Positions 1 to 8,887 of a stretch of DNA of 64,000 nucleotides are shown piece by piece. The stretch comes from Escherichia phage UE-S1, in the sequence record ON568341.1; one strand, given 5' to 3'. Each line of letters opens with the position of its first letter. Position 1 is the stretch's first letter. The notes beneath the pieces were generated by a model. That model was not told the origin of the DNA, ran no database searches, and saw only the letters and a list, made by a program, of their open reading frames with translations. The position numbers were made by a program, and so were the translations under genes.

Positions 1-11
1 TTCAAGATACG

Positions 12-278
12 GTGATAGGCGTAGAGTTCGAGATTGATTATGAGCCTAATGGTGTGGAAAACTGGCAGATTGACAAACATTTACCAAGTGAAGATGAAAT
101 TTATGTTTATGCAAGAAAACAGACAACCTTCAGTTCAAGAATTGCTCTTAATAATTTAGATTCATTTATTATTTTCTATACACGTGTAGGTGTAGATAAA
201 ATGGTAACTAAACTCAATGAATTATCATTACAACAAAAACAGATTAATGCATACAAAGACATTACAGATTTATACTAA
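12..278 (+). CDS. hypothetical protein; GTG start in track, frame stays open to the window edge so may be 5'-truncated
   Basis: ORF track; no stop in frame upstream of position 12 within the window. Confidence 0.35.
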   Translation: MIGVEFEIDYEPNGVENWQIDKHLPSEDEIYVYARKQTTFSSRIALNNLDSFIIFYTRVGVDKMVTKLNELSLQQKQINAYKDITDLY

Positions 279-284
279 TGAGGA

Positions 285-806
285 TTGGATATGTTTTTTG
301 GACAGTTAAAAAAACCTAACAGTACTTTAATTTGGCATGAAATCATCTTTAAAATTATATCTAAAAGCTACTCACTAAAAGATATTATCAAAACAGATCA
401 TGATCGACATGTTCTGTTAGAAGCAAAATATAAATTGAGCAAACACCCGTTACTTTCGTTAATCATTGATTACGTTAATGATTATGAATCCAGTCGTTGG
501 CAGTGGGAAGACGGAGGTTTATTTCGTGGAAAAACATTCTACGGTGCCGAACGATATGTATTCAGTGATACAGCAAATGATGTTAAGTTTGCTATTAGAA
601 ACTTTAACTCCAAAGAAAATGATTATCTTGAAAGTGGAGTTAAGGTGTATATAGATAATAATAGCAATGTACTTACATATGACGAATCACTAATTATGTT
701 ACAAATAATGCGTGGAGTTGAAAGTGTAAGACACAATCTTACTAAGTTGAAAATCCAGCAAAATGATATACATAATAGACAGAAAATTAAGGGTTTATAT
801 AAATGA
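285..806 (+). CDS. hypothetical protein, tandem paralog of the next gene
   Basis: ORF track; shares an E-x-KY-x-LSK region and similar length with 803..1312. Confidence 0.5.
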   Translation: MDMFFGQLKKPNSTLIWHEIIFKIISKSYSLKDIIKTDHDRHVLLEAKYKLSKHPLLSLIIDYVNDYESSRWQWEDGGLFRGKTFYGAERYVFSDTANDVKFAIRNFNSKENDYLESGVKVYIDNNSNVLTYDESLIMLQIMRGVESVRHNLTKLKIQQNDIHNRQKIKGLYK

Positions 807-1312
807 TTTCATTTTTCAAAAAGAAAGAAAAAGTTGATGAAACTGGATTAGAATCGTTTCTATGGACTCTTATCATTAAAAAAAGTCCATTGATGAAAGA
901 ATATGCTATCAATGATGCTAATAGAAAAACTATCATTGAATACAAATATGAATTATCAAAATGTGATCCAATTGTTTATCACTTTGCGAAGTACTGTTCT
1001 AACAATTTATCGGATATCACTATTGAACACGAGTCAGTACCAATGAGTTTTCCTTATGGTGATTGGGTAGATACTTTTGATATTTTTGATGGTTCAAATG
1101 GTTTCAGTTTCTTTTACTCGTCAAATAAAGCAAATGTTCGTATTAAAACAGAGATAGGTTGGACACAGCATAGCTCAAATAAAGAAGATTATAATTTACT
1201 AGCTGACGTATACCGAAGTGTGAAGAATTCAAAGGATATTGATGAAAGAATTAAAAAGCAAAATCGTATTTCTTTATCACTTGAAACATACAAGTCAAAG
1301 TATGGTGGTTAA
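803..1312 (+). CDS. hypothetical protein, tandem paralog of the previous gene
   Basis: ORF track; 4-nt overlap with upstream gene; EYKYELSK motif parallels EAKYKLSK. Confidence 0.5.
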   Translation: MISFFKKKEKVDETGLESFLWTLIIKKSPLMKEYAINDANRKTIIEYKYELSKCDPIVYHFAKYCSNNLSDITIEHESVPMSFPYGDWVDTFDIFDGSNGFSFFYSSNKANVRIKTEIGWTQHSSNKEDYNLLADVYRSVKNSKDIDERIKKQNRISLSLETYKSKYGG

Positions 1313-1314
1313 CT

Positions 1315-1716
1315 ATGACTACAGTTGATGATATCTATAGTACTATACGAAATATGAGTACAGATAGAAAAGTATTTGGTGATAAAGAAAAATCTAAGTG
1401 TTATGGTATTGATTCTTTTGATATAATTTCGTATGAGTACAACACGAATGGAAATAGTTCACTGAATATCGTCTGCCCTCGTGACCCAGAAAATAATTTT
1501 ATGTATGTTGAAATTAATAATGATGGGATGTTTTTTACAAAAGTTTTCAAAGGTGGTATTAATTACGAACCTATTGAATGTATGAATGAAGAAACTTTCT
1601 TTCAAGAAGATACAATTATCAATTTAGGTTTTAGTTTTGCGGATTATAAAACATTAGAACATGACTTTAATCGTTATTATAACGGTTTCTTAAAGGAGTT
1701 AACAATTTATCTATGA
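1315..1716 (+). CDS. hypothetical protein
   Basis: ORF track; tightly packed with flanking genes. Confidence 0.5.
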   Translation: MTTVDDIYSTIRNMSTDRKVFGDKEKSKCYGIDSFDIISYEYNTNGNSSLNIVCPRDPENNFMYVEINNDGMFFTKVFKGGINYEPIECMNEETFFQEDTIINLGFSFADYKTLEHDFNRYYNGFLKELTIYL

Positions 1717-2945
1717 ATAACCAATATGTTGAACAAACAATAGTGAAACACTTGGCTGGGTCACAAGCCTACGGAACCAGTACGCCTGAAAGTGATACTG
1801 ATTATCGTGGTATTTTTCTTGCTAATAAAGAATTTATTCTTACGCCATTCTATAAGGTTAAAGAAGTAGCTGATAAAAATGAAGAAGATACCAAATTCTA
1901 TGAGTTAAATCAGTATTTAAAATTATACACTGAAGCCAACCCTAATATTCTGGAATCACTATGGGTTGAACCAGAACACATTGTAGAAAGTACTGAGATT
2001 TATGACTATCTTCGTTCATTTAACCAAAAACTTCTTAGTTCTAAGATTGCATTTTCATATACTGGATATGCATATAATCAGATTAAGCGTATGACAAATC
2101 ATCACGGTTGGATGGATAAAGAGCGAATTGCTGAAAAACGTTTAAATGAGATTTTAGAAGAACACCCTGTCGATGAGGTTCTTGCGTGGATGTATGATTC
2201 ATTCCCACAATATCTTGTTGAACGTTTAGATACATCTAACTTACATCCATTTAATACTAAAAAGATTGATTTTGAAAAATATATGCGTGATACGTCATTG
2301 CAGTTAGTTTCGAAAAATCCATTAAAGCAATATCATTTTGTAAGATTAGTGCATAACTACACTACTGACAAAATTCTAGATCGTGATTTCAATTTATTGA
2401 ATTTTAATAATGGCTATGAACTAATTCATTACGGAGAAAACATTTTTGCGATTATTAAAAATCCAAATGAAAGCACTATCAACGGTGATGGATCATTGCG
2501 TTATTTTTCTAAAGAGCGTAGTACTGAAGAATTGAAAACTAAACCAGAACTAATTGTCAAATTTAACGAAAAAGAATATCAGGAAAATAGTGAGAATAGA
2601 AAAAGTTATCATAAATGGAAAGAAAATCGTAATGCCAAACGTGCTATTTTAGAATCACAACACGGATACGATTGTAAACATGCTATGCACACAATCCGAC
2701 TTTTGAATAGTGCAGAAGAAGCATTACAAAGTGGAATTATTCAAGTTAAACGACCAGATGCACAAATGTTGATGGATATTCGTAATGGTAAATGGAAGTA
2801 TGAAGAAGTCTTAGAATATTTCGATGATAAAGTACAATACATTCGTGATGTTCTATATAAGAAATCAGTACTTCCCAAAAAACCTAACATCAAGTTAGCA
2901 TCGAAAATTATAATTGATATTCGAGAAATGCAATGGTATAAGTAA
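1713..2945 (+). CDS. Pol-beta superfamily nucleotidyltransferase-like protein
   Basis: N-terminal HLAGSQAYGTSTPESDTDYRGIF fits the minimal nucleotidyltransferase G[SG]...D-x-D signature; 410 aa. Confidence 0.55.
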   Translation: MNNQYVEQTIVKHLAGSQAYGTSTPESDTDYRGIFLANKEFILTPFYKVKEVADKNEEDTKFYELNQYLKLYTEANPNILESLWVEPEHIVESTEIYDYLRSFNQKLLSSKIAFSYTGYAYNQIKRMTNHHGWMDKERIAEKRLNEILEEHPVDEVLAWMYDSFPQYLVERLDTSNLHPFNTKKIDFEKYMRDTSLQLVSKNPLKQYHFVRLVHNYTTDKILDRDFNLLNFNNGYELIHYGENIFAIIKNPNESTINGDGSLRYFSKERSTEELKTKPELIVKFNEKEYQENSENRKSYHKWKENRNAKRAILESQHGYDCKHAMHTIRLLNSAEEALQSGIIQVKRPDAQMLMDIRNGKWKYEEVLEYFDDKVQYIRDVLYKKSVLPKKPNIKLASKIIIDIREMQWYK

Positions 2946-3007
2946 TATATGGGTGTAATAGTTATAAAAATTCCATTACACACCAAATCACTTCAGTGAT
3001 TTATAAC

Positions 3008-3035
3008 TTGACATTGAAAAATAATTATGTATAAT
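3008..3035 (+). promoter_or_regulatory. sigma70-like promoter (TTGACA, 16-nt spacer, TATAAT)
   Basis: TTGACA at 3008-3013 and TATAAT at 3030-3035 read directly; upstream of the ACP-like gene. Confidence 0.45.
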
Positions 3036-3036
3036 T

Positions 3037-3066
3037 AGAGAACTTCATATGGAGTTCTCTTTTTTA
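3037..3066 (+). terminator. intrinsic terminator-like hairpin plus T-run
   Basis: AGAGAACT / AGTTCTCT stem followed by TTTTTT; 90 nt after the stop of 1713..2945. Confidence 0.45.
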
Positions 3067-3079
3067 TAAGGGTGATAAA

Positions 3080-3481
3080 ATGTTAAATGAACGTATTAAA
3101 AATGCACTATATGTATTGAACCAAGAAGTTAATTCTATTCATAAAAGTACTGAGCGATATAAAGTATTACATGAAATTAGACAAGAATTGGAATCCATTA
3201 ATAAGGGAAAATGGGTTCTTGAACGCGAACGAACTATTGTTGAAAAAGCAATTGCAAAATTCATCTCGGAACGTTATGGTAAAATTTCAGAGGAAGATGT
3301 ACTAATGAACTTACATCTTTCACAAACGGAAGTGATGGAGAAATTTCATTTTGATTCATTAGACTGGTTAGAAATGATCATGGAATTGGAAGAAGAATTC
3401 AATGTAGAAGTAGATTTATATTATGAAAAACAAGAAACCAAACTATATGAACTAGCAGAACACATTAAACTAATGATGTAA
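3080..3481 (+). CDS. acyl carrier protein-like domain protein (N-terminal extension plus ACP-like C-terminus)
   Basis: C-terminal DSLDWLEMIMELEEEFNVEVD closely parallels the ACP phosphopantetheine-site region [20 protein letters not shown]. Confidence 0.55.
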   Translation: MLNERIKNALYVLNQEVNSIHKSTERYKVLHEIRQELESINKGKWVLERERTIVEKAIAKFISERYGKISEEDVLMNLHLSQTEVMEKFHFDSLDWLEMIMELEEEFNVEVDLYYEKQETKLYELAEHIKLMM

Positions 3482-3534
3482 ACATATACCATTATATACT
3501 CTAAATAATATCATCAACCACAGGAGATATTATT

Positions 3535-3909
3535 ATGAGTATACTAGAAATAATAGTTTCAAACATTCTTATTCCATATTGGAAACCAATTTCTTTTGCA
3601 TTATTAATTAGTGGTTCAGCAATTGCGGGTTGGAAAGCTAATACTTATTATACTGGTTATCAAGAAAGTATAGAGCAACAAATAGCCAAAAAAGTTGATA
3701 TAGCACTTGATAAAATGCAACAAGAAAATACAAAAAGCTATCTTGAAACAAAAAAAATTATGGAAGATAATACAAAAGTCATTGAAACAAAGGTTCCTTA
3801 TATAGTAGAACGTGAAGTTTATAAAAATGTTTGTTTAGATGAAGATGGTGTGAAAGTACTGAATGAACTTAAACAAAATTCTAAAGCGGCAAGGAATAAA
3901 TTCAAATGA
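3535..3909 (+). CDS. candidate i-spanin (N-terminal transmembrane segment, charged helical periplasmic part)
   Basis: Single N-terminal hydrophobic segment ISFALLISGSAIAGW; 4-nt overlap with the downstream lipoprotein gene. Confidence 0.4.
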   Translation: MSILEIIVSNILIPYWKPISFALLISGSAIAGWKANTYYTGYQESIEQQIAKKVDIALDKMQQENTKSYLETKKIMEDNTKVIETKVPYIVEREVYKNVCLDEDGVKVLNELKQNSKAARNKFK

Positions 3910-4214
3910 AAAAAATGTTAGTACCGTTTATTTCTTTTTTAATTATAAGTGGATGTGCAGAACAAGTAAAAGTACAATCCCCTGCACCAATTAAACAAGA
4001 AATTCTGTTAGAAAGATGTGATGATGACACACCACTACCACAAAAAATTATGATTGACCAAAACGGATTTAAAGGGTATAGTGGGAGTGAAATTCTCAAA
4101 GTTCTTACCCGTTGGGATGCAATCTATAACGAATGTGCATTGAAACATGATGCATTGATCAAAACCATTCGTGATTTACAAGGTAAAGATATTAAAATAA
4201 ATATCAAGGATTAA
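3906..4214 (+). CDS. candidate o-spanin (small lipoprotein)
   Basis: Signal peptide with lipobox LIISGC, proline-rich mature part with Cys residues, 102 aa. Confidence 0.45.
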   Translation: MKKMLVPFISFLIISGCAEQVKVQSPAPIKQEILLERCDDDTPLPQKIMIDQNGFKGYSGSEILKVLTRWDAIYNECALKHDALIKTIRDLQGKDIKINIKD

Positions 4215-4215
4215 A

Positions 4216-4827
4216 ATGAACAAATATCATGTTTATTATACAACAAAGTTATCCCTTCTTGATGAATTAAATCACCGAAGTACTAAGATGAAACGTTATA
4301 CTTTAAATGGTATTACTTTTCGATATTTCCCACAAAAAGTCCTTACTTTTGTCAAGAATCCAAAATGCGTGGCATGTGGGATTGAAGCCACTGAAGTACG
4401 CATTGAACGTACATTTAGTTCTGATCCAGTTTATGGTAAACCACATTTAAATGTATATGCGGTATGTGGTCTTTATGAAGTGTTGATGACAGTTGATCAC
4501 AACCATCTGGCATCGAAGGGTGGTTGTGATTTAGAGTCAAACTTTAATACTATGTGCTCCAAATGCAATCAACTACGTTCTAATAAAACCGAAACAGTTG
4601 ATGAGTTTCTTGAGAAAGTTAAAGATCGTAATCTTCTCCAAGAACATATGAATAAATTCTTTAACGTACAAAAAAAGAAAAATAACATTGACAAGTCGAA
4701 ACTACTAGAAGAACGTAGGTTACGTCAAGAATTATGGGAAACAGACCATCTATGGCATGTTCGAGAATTTGGTCGTCATATGAAAGCTTTGAAAAAAGAA
4801 CAGAAGAAATTGAATAAACATGATTGA
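4216..4827 (+). CDS. HNH family homing endonuclease
   Basis: DHNHLASKGGCDLESNFNTMCSKCNQ HNH motif with an upstream C-x-x-C pair. Confidence 0.8.
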   Translation: MNKYHVYYTTKLSLLDELNHRSTKMKRYTLNGITFRYFPQKVLTFVKNPKCVACGIEATEVRIERTFSSDPVYGKPHLNVYAVCGLYEVLMTVDHNHLASKGGCDLESNFNTMCSKCNQLRSNKTETVDEFLEKVKDRNLLQEHMNKFFNVQKKKNNIDKSKLLEERRLRQELWETDHLWHVREFGRHMKALKKEQKKLNKHD

Positions 4828-4840
4828 TATGATATTATAG

Positions 4841-4868
4841 GGACTTGAGTATTCAAGTCCTTTTTTTT
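4841..4868 (+). terminator. intrinsic terminator
   Basis: GGACTTGA GTAT TCAAGTCC hairpin followed by TTTTTTTT. Confidence 0.6.
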
Positions 4869-4879
4869 GGAGAAGATAA

Positions 4880-5236
4880 ATGAAATCTAAAATATTTTTA
4901 CCACAATTAATGTGGCATCTGGCAGAGTTAGATGAAGATGATGAATATACTGACTATGGTGCATGGGATGACAGTACTGAAACTTTTAAATCAGATGTAA
5001 AATATAAAATCATCTGCAATGAAAGCAAAGGGCACAGAAGGTGGACTGAAGAATTTGATCTCGTATTTCTTGACATGAGTACAAATAAGTTTTATCATTG
5101 TACTTATGAACGAGGTTTAACAGAAGATAGACCAGTACAACCATTCAGTAATGAAACGGATGGTGTTAAGTGCAATGAAGTTTCTGTAACCAGAGAAGAA
5201 ATTATTACTTATCGAACTTTGTGGAAATATTTGTAA
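4880..5236 (+). CDS. hypothetical protein
   Basis: ORF track; RBS GGAGAAG upstream. Confidence 0.5.
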   Translation: MKSKIFLPQLMWHLAELDEDDEYTDYGAWDDSTETFKSDVKYKIICNESKGHRRWTEEFDLVFLDMSTNKFYHCTYERGLTEDRPVQPFSNETDGVKCNEVSVTREEIITYRTLWKYL

Positions 5237-5237
5237 A

Positions 5238-5636
5238 ATGCTTAAAGAATTAGATTTTTCAAACTTAGAAATTATCAGTGCTGTAAAAAACATTTCCGAT
5301 ATGGGTGATGAGAAAGCAGTTCTTGTTACTATTACTTTTGTAAAAGAAAAAGATAGCTATAGCCATTTAACGGGTATTGAAGAACTAATTCATAAAACCA
5401 ATCTTGAGAATGATGGTAAACTCATCAAGCTTCAGGCTTCCTATACGCAAAAAACGTCAAATTTTATAGACCTAAATAATGTAGTCAAGGTGGTATACAA
5501 TCATCCTGAACACACATATAGGAATACGTCAAGAAATGAAAATGTTGCTAACGATTCGAATATTATCGAAGATGTTGAATTCATAAACACAATTTTTGAT
5601 CGTTGTTCTAAGGATTTAAAAAAAGTATACATGTAA
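5238..5636 (+). CDS. hypothetical protein
   Basis: ORF track. Confidence 0.45.
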   Translation: MLKELDFSNLEIISAVKNISDMGDEKAVLVTITFVKEKDSYSHLTGIEELIHKTNLENDGKLIKLQASYTQKTSNFIDLNNVVKVVYNHPEHTYRNTSRNENVANDSNIIEDVEFINTIFDRCSKDLKKVYM

Positions 5637-5941
5637 TGGGACATTATATGTTCCAATGATATAATGTATATAGAAAATGACAACGGACATTGAAAAATGG
5701 ACACTGAGAACCTACTTCTCTTGAAAATGTAAAGGATAGATGAGCTTTACCGTTGTAGCGAACAGCAGAAGAAACCTGTTAGAGTACTGGCATTCAAACA
5801 AACACGATATAAGACCACGAATCACGGCGACACGGCTGTATAAAGAACTCCGATAAGCATACAGAGAGTTCCTAGATAGATGTATAAGGTTCGCACCTTA
5901 CCAGATTTGCTAAGGGAGTTCAAGAATTGCGGACGCATTTT

Positions 5942-5971
5942 TACAAGAAAGTTGCGTCCAAAATTTGAGAA
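5942..5971 (+). repeat. 30-nt direct repeat, copy 1 (tacaagaaagTTGcgtccaaaatttgagaa)
   Basis: 27 of 30 identical to the copy at 6094..6123; overlaps hairpin GGACGCA/TGCGTCC at 5931-5959. Confidence 0.6.
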
Positions 5972-6093
5972 CAAGTACTACTTTGATCGAATAGAGTTAG
6001 TACTGAGTGCTGTTGATGAAAAGACCAGCGACCGTTGCATATGACTGCGATAGAGAGAAACCGAGCAACCCGCTTTCGCTCTCTAATTTTTGG

Positions 6094-6123
6094 TACAAGA
6101 AAGATCCGTCCAAAATTTGAGAA
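6094..6123 (+). repeat. 30-nt direct repeat, copy 2 (tacaagaaagATCcgtccaaaatttgagaa)
   Basis: 27 of 30 identical to the copy at 5942..5971. Confidence 0.6.
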
Positions 6124-6160
6124 ATTCGCAATTCGATAATATCCGATGCCATCATCGTCA

Positions 6161-6188
6161 AGAGAGACTTAATTGTCTCTTTTTTATT
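6161..6188 (+). terminator. intrinsic terminator-like hairpin plus T-run inside the ORF-free region
   Basis: AGAGAGAC ttaatt GTCTCT followed by TTTTT; could mark the 3' end of a small RNA. Confidence 0.45.
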
Positions 6189-6325
6189 ACCTTCATTCCC
6201 CTGCGGGGGGATGTAATAGTCCTCAACAAATCCCGTCAAGTTTTTAAAGTACATTATCATTTTTAGAAGGAACTAGTTTACGAAGTAAACGCAGTGACTT
6301 CTTGAGTTACGAGAGAACGAAGTGA

Positions 6326-6754
6326 ATGAGTAACACAACGAAAATATCCGATAAATCTGAATTAACACAAATGTTATTCAAAGAATATTTTGAGTTTCAG
6401 ATAAAAGACGAACATCAATTACCACAGCAATATTTGAAAAGAATTAAAGATCCGTCAATAATTACTAAAGAAACAAATTTTTATAATAGTATTTTTGATT
6501 TCGTTAAATCAGTTCATACAACAAGACCTATTGTAGTTTTGTTTTTTGATAAATCTATTCCTTTAGTAGTTCCTGAAAATGTATTTTTTATTTCAGAAAC
6601 TGATTTAAATAACCAAAGTACTGTAAGTAGATTAAGAAATTGCTTACTTGTAGTATGTGATTCTTCATTATATAATAACAGAATACTATGGGATAGAAGT
6701 AAACGCAATGCAATTGCAGAAATGAATCCTGAAGTTACATTTATTATTAACTAA
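6326..6754 (+). CDS. hypothetical protein
   Basis: ORF track; RBS-like GAGAGAACGAAG upstream. Confidence 0.5.
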   Translation: MSNTTKISDKSELTQMLFKEYFEFQIKDEHQLPQQYLKRIKDPSIITKETNFYNSIFDFVKSVHTTRPIVVLFFDKSIPLVVPENVFFISETDLNNQSTVSRLRNCLLVVCDSSLYNNRILWDRSKRNAIAEMNPEVTFIIN

Positions 6755-6785
6755 ATACCATATAATAACTCTAAGGAGAGATTTT

Positions 6786-7226
6786 ATGGAAAATATTGAA
6801 AATTTAAGACATGTTATGGATTTTATCATTGATACTGAAGAAGATAATGCTTATGATGAAATCTTACTAACTTTTATTGAAAATAGTTTGTTTTTAAGTT
6901 CTGCTGCACATAGCTGGCATTTACAAAGCCGTTTCTACACAAAGCATCTTCAATTGGATGAACTATACAAAGAGTTACCAGAGTACGTTGATGCATTTGT
7001 TGAGGGTATAATGAATACTCGTGGGGCATTACAGGTAGGTACTGGTAACAGTTATCGATTTACCCACATTGAGGATTGTGTTCCAATTCTTGAAGAGTAT
7101 TCTAGCCAATGTAAAGCAATTCATGCTATGCTCGAAGAGGCAGAAGACTATGGCAGTACTAACACACTAGAAGATATTATGAGTTTTGTTGATGGTGTGC
7201 TTTACAAACTTAAAGTTTTACAATAA
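6786..7226 (+). CDS. hypothetical protein, possibly ferritin/Dps-like
   Basis: AHSWHLQSRFYTKHLQLDELYKELPEYVD loosely resembles the Dps helix A motif (HWNV..F..LH..LD); size fits. Confidence 0.45.
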   Translation: MENIENLRHVMDFIIDTEEDNAYDEILLTFIENSLFLSSAAHSWHLQSRFYTKHLQLDELYKELPEYVDAFVEGIMNTRGALQVGTGNSYRFTHIEDCVPILEEYSSQCKAIHAMLEEAEDYGSTNTLEDIMSFVDGVLYKLKVLQ

Positions 7227-7233
7227 ACTATAT

Positions 7234-7263
7234 GGAGAGTCATAGTGACTCTCCTTTTCTTTT
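7234..7263 (+). terminator. intrinsic terminator
   Basis: GGAGAGTCA tag TGACTCTCC followed by TTTTCTTTT. Confidence 0.6.
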
Positions 7264-7272
7264 GGAGAATAT

Positions 7273-7626
7273 ATGAGTGACTACCGAGTAACATCTGGAC
7301 TAATGGCACGTCTTACTGAAGCAGTTCCTGAAGATGATTATGAAGCTATTTCAGATCGTCTTTTTGACGCAGATTCTAAACTCCATATTACATATGATGG
7401 TGCATTGATTTACAGTACTGATATTGATATCCCTAGCTATGAATTTGAGATTTCTTTTGGTAGTAAATTAACCACTGAAGAATTCGCTCGAAAATGTGAG
7501 CGTGAAGGGTTGTGTATTGATATTAGTTCAGTTCAGCCATATACATCACTGTGGTATGATGGTGCTGATAGTCCAATGTCTACTACATCTTTAAAGGATT
7601 TTCTAAATGCAAATCAAAAAGATTAA
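7273..7626 (+). CDS. hypothetical protein
   Basis: ORF track; RBS GGAGAA. Confidence 0.5.
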   Translation: MSDYRVTSGLMARLTEAVPEDDYEAISDRLFDADSKLHITYDGALIYSTDIDIPSYEFEISFGSKLTTEEFARKCEREGLCIDISSVQPYTSLWYDGADSPMSTTSLKDFLNANQKD

Positions 7627-7999
7627 ATTCCACCAGCATTGTTCTATACATGAATGTGATGATTGTGGTATGAACATGAGTAACATTTATACAGTTTCCT
7701 GTAAAGGATTTAAATTCACTCACGGTGAACCTGCTTATTGTTATGGCACAGAAGAAGGTGATATCGAGGTAGTTCTGAAAGAATTATTCCAATACTTGCA
7801 AAGTACTGGACATGATGTTACAATGCCCACATATTACGAAGATGATTATGACTCACATATAGAAGAAAATACATATTATAATCAATTCGTTCATGGTAAT
7901 GGTTTTATCACATACCTTCATGAGAATGGCATTGAGGTAAAAACTAAGTACACTAGTGATGATTATGAAGGTGATGACTCTATGGAGATTGAAGATTGA
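7607..7999 (+). CDS. hypothetical acidic protein (Cys-rich N-terminus)
   Basis: ORF track. Confidence 0.45.
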   Translation: MQIKKIKFHQHCSIHECDDCGMNMSNIYTVSCKGFKFTHGEPAYCYGTEEGDIEVVLKELFQYLQSTGHDVTMPTYYEDDYDSHIEENTYYNQFVHGNGFITYLHENGIEVKTKYTSDDYEGDDSMEIED

Positions 8000-8577
8000 A
8001 AGCAAAAGACTTAGCAGCACTGTTGATGCAGAATCCTGAAATGGAAGTGTATCATGAGCACATGCATATTAATGATATGTGTGAATCGTACTATTCACCA
8101 GAAAATGTGTCTGGAATTGAAATCACACCAAGTGGTGTATTCATCAGTACTGAATATATTGATTTCGATGACCGTCAAGAAATCAAAACTCCACACAATA
8201 AGCCCAGAATCGGAACTATCGATCTGGTATTCCATCAGGAACGTTTAGTTGAGTACGATGAAGACGATGGTTCTATGGTAACTGATGTTGAAAATGTCGT
8301 TTTTCCTTTTTATAACGCATATGAAGACCCAACTACTGGAGAAGATTTCTTCCGTGAGCTATTCGAGGATGGTCAAGTTTATGGTCAGGATGGTACTGTT
8401 TTTGTACTGGACCCTAACTATGTGCCAGATCACAATACATGGCAATTCTATACACCACAAGATGTAATGGAAGTTAAAGTACTTACGGACATTGACGAAA
8501 AATGGAATCCGGTATATACTACAATGACATATGAAGAGGCTAAAAAATACTTCATTTCTAAATTAAACATTACATAA
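7996..8577 (+). CDS. hypothetical protein
   Basis: ORF track; start overlaps upstream stop. Confidence 0.5.
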   Translation: MKAKDLAALLMQNPEMEVYHEHMHINDMCESYYSPENVSGIEITPSGVFISTEYIDFDDRQEIKTPHNKPRIGTIDLVFHQERLVEYDEDDGSMVTDVENVVFPFYNAYEDPTTGEDFFRELFEDGQVYGQDGTVFVLDPNYVPDHNTWQFYTPQDVMEVKVLTDIDEKWNPVYTTMTYEEAKKYFISKLNIT

Positions 8578-8597
8578 TAGTAAGGATTCATAAATTT

Positions 8598-8879
8598 ATG
8601 AAAATTGTTGCAAGTGCATGGATGAAACTGACAGATGGTACAACTGCTTTTGAAGATTATGGTTTTGTTGAAAGTGTTGATGATTTAAAGCGTTTTAAAC
8701 GTGATAACAGTGATAATGTATTTGAAATTGTATTTACATATCATCACATTTCAAACGATACTGATTATGAACATTATTACTATCATCCTGAGTTATTGGA
8801 AATCCTTGTATGTGATAATCATCATGAAATTGATGAAAATACAGCTTTGATTATGTTGAGTACCGTATCTCCGGTATAA
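8598..8879 (+). CDS. hypothetical protein
   Basis: ORF track. Confidence 0.45.
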   Translation: MKIVASAWMKLTDGTTAFEDYGFVESVDDLKRFKRDNSDNVFEIVFTYHHISNDTDYEHYYYHPELLEILVCDNHHEIDENTALIMLSTVSPV

Positions 8880-8887
8880 GGAGTAAT

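Larger units (their letters stand above)
5640..6325 (+). other. ORF-free structured region; candidate small RNA locus
   Basis: About 690 bp with no ORF of 60 aa or more on either strand, locally higher GC, several stable hairpins and a 30-nt direct repeat. Confidence 0.35.

Noticed and set aside
2741-2986. Minus-strand 81-aa ORF at the 3' end of the nucleotidyltransferase gene
   Set aside because: Antisense to a well-supported gene and overlapping the promoter/hairpin region; no RBS.
5640-6325. tRNA gene(s) in the ORF-free region
   Set aside because: No segment shows a 7-bp acceptor stem with a canonical T-arm (GTTCRANYC loop); the TAAGG-ttcgca-CCTTA hairpin has a 6-nt loop. Kept as an unclassified structured region.
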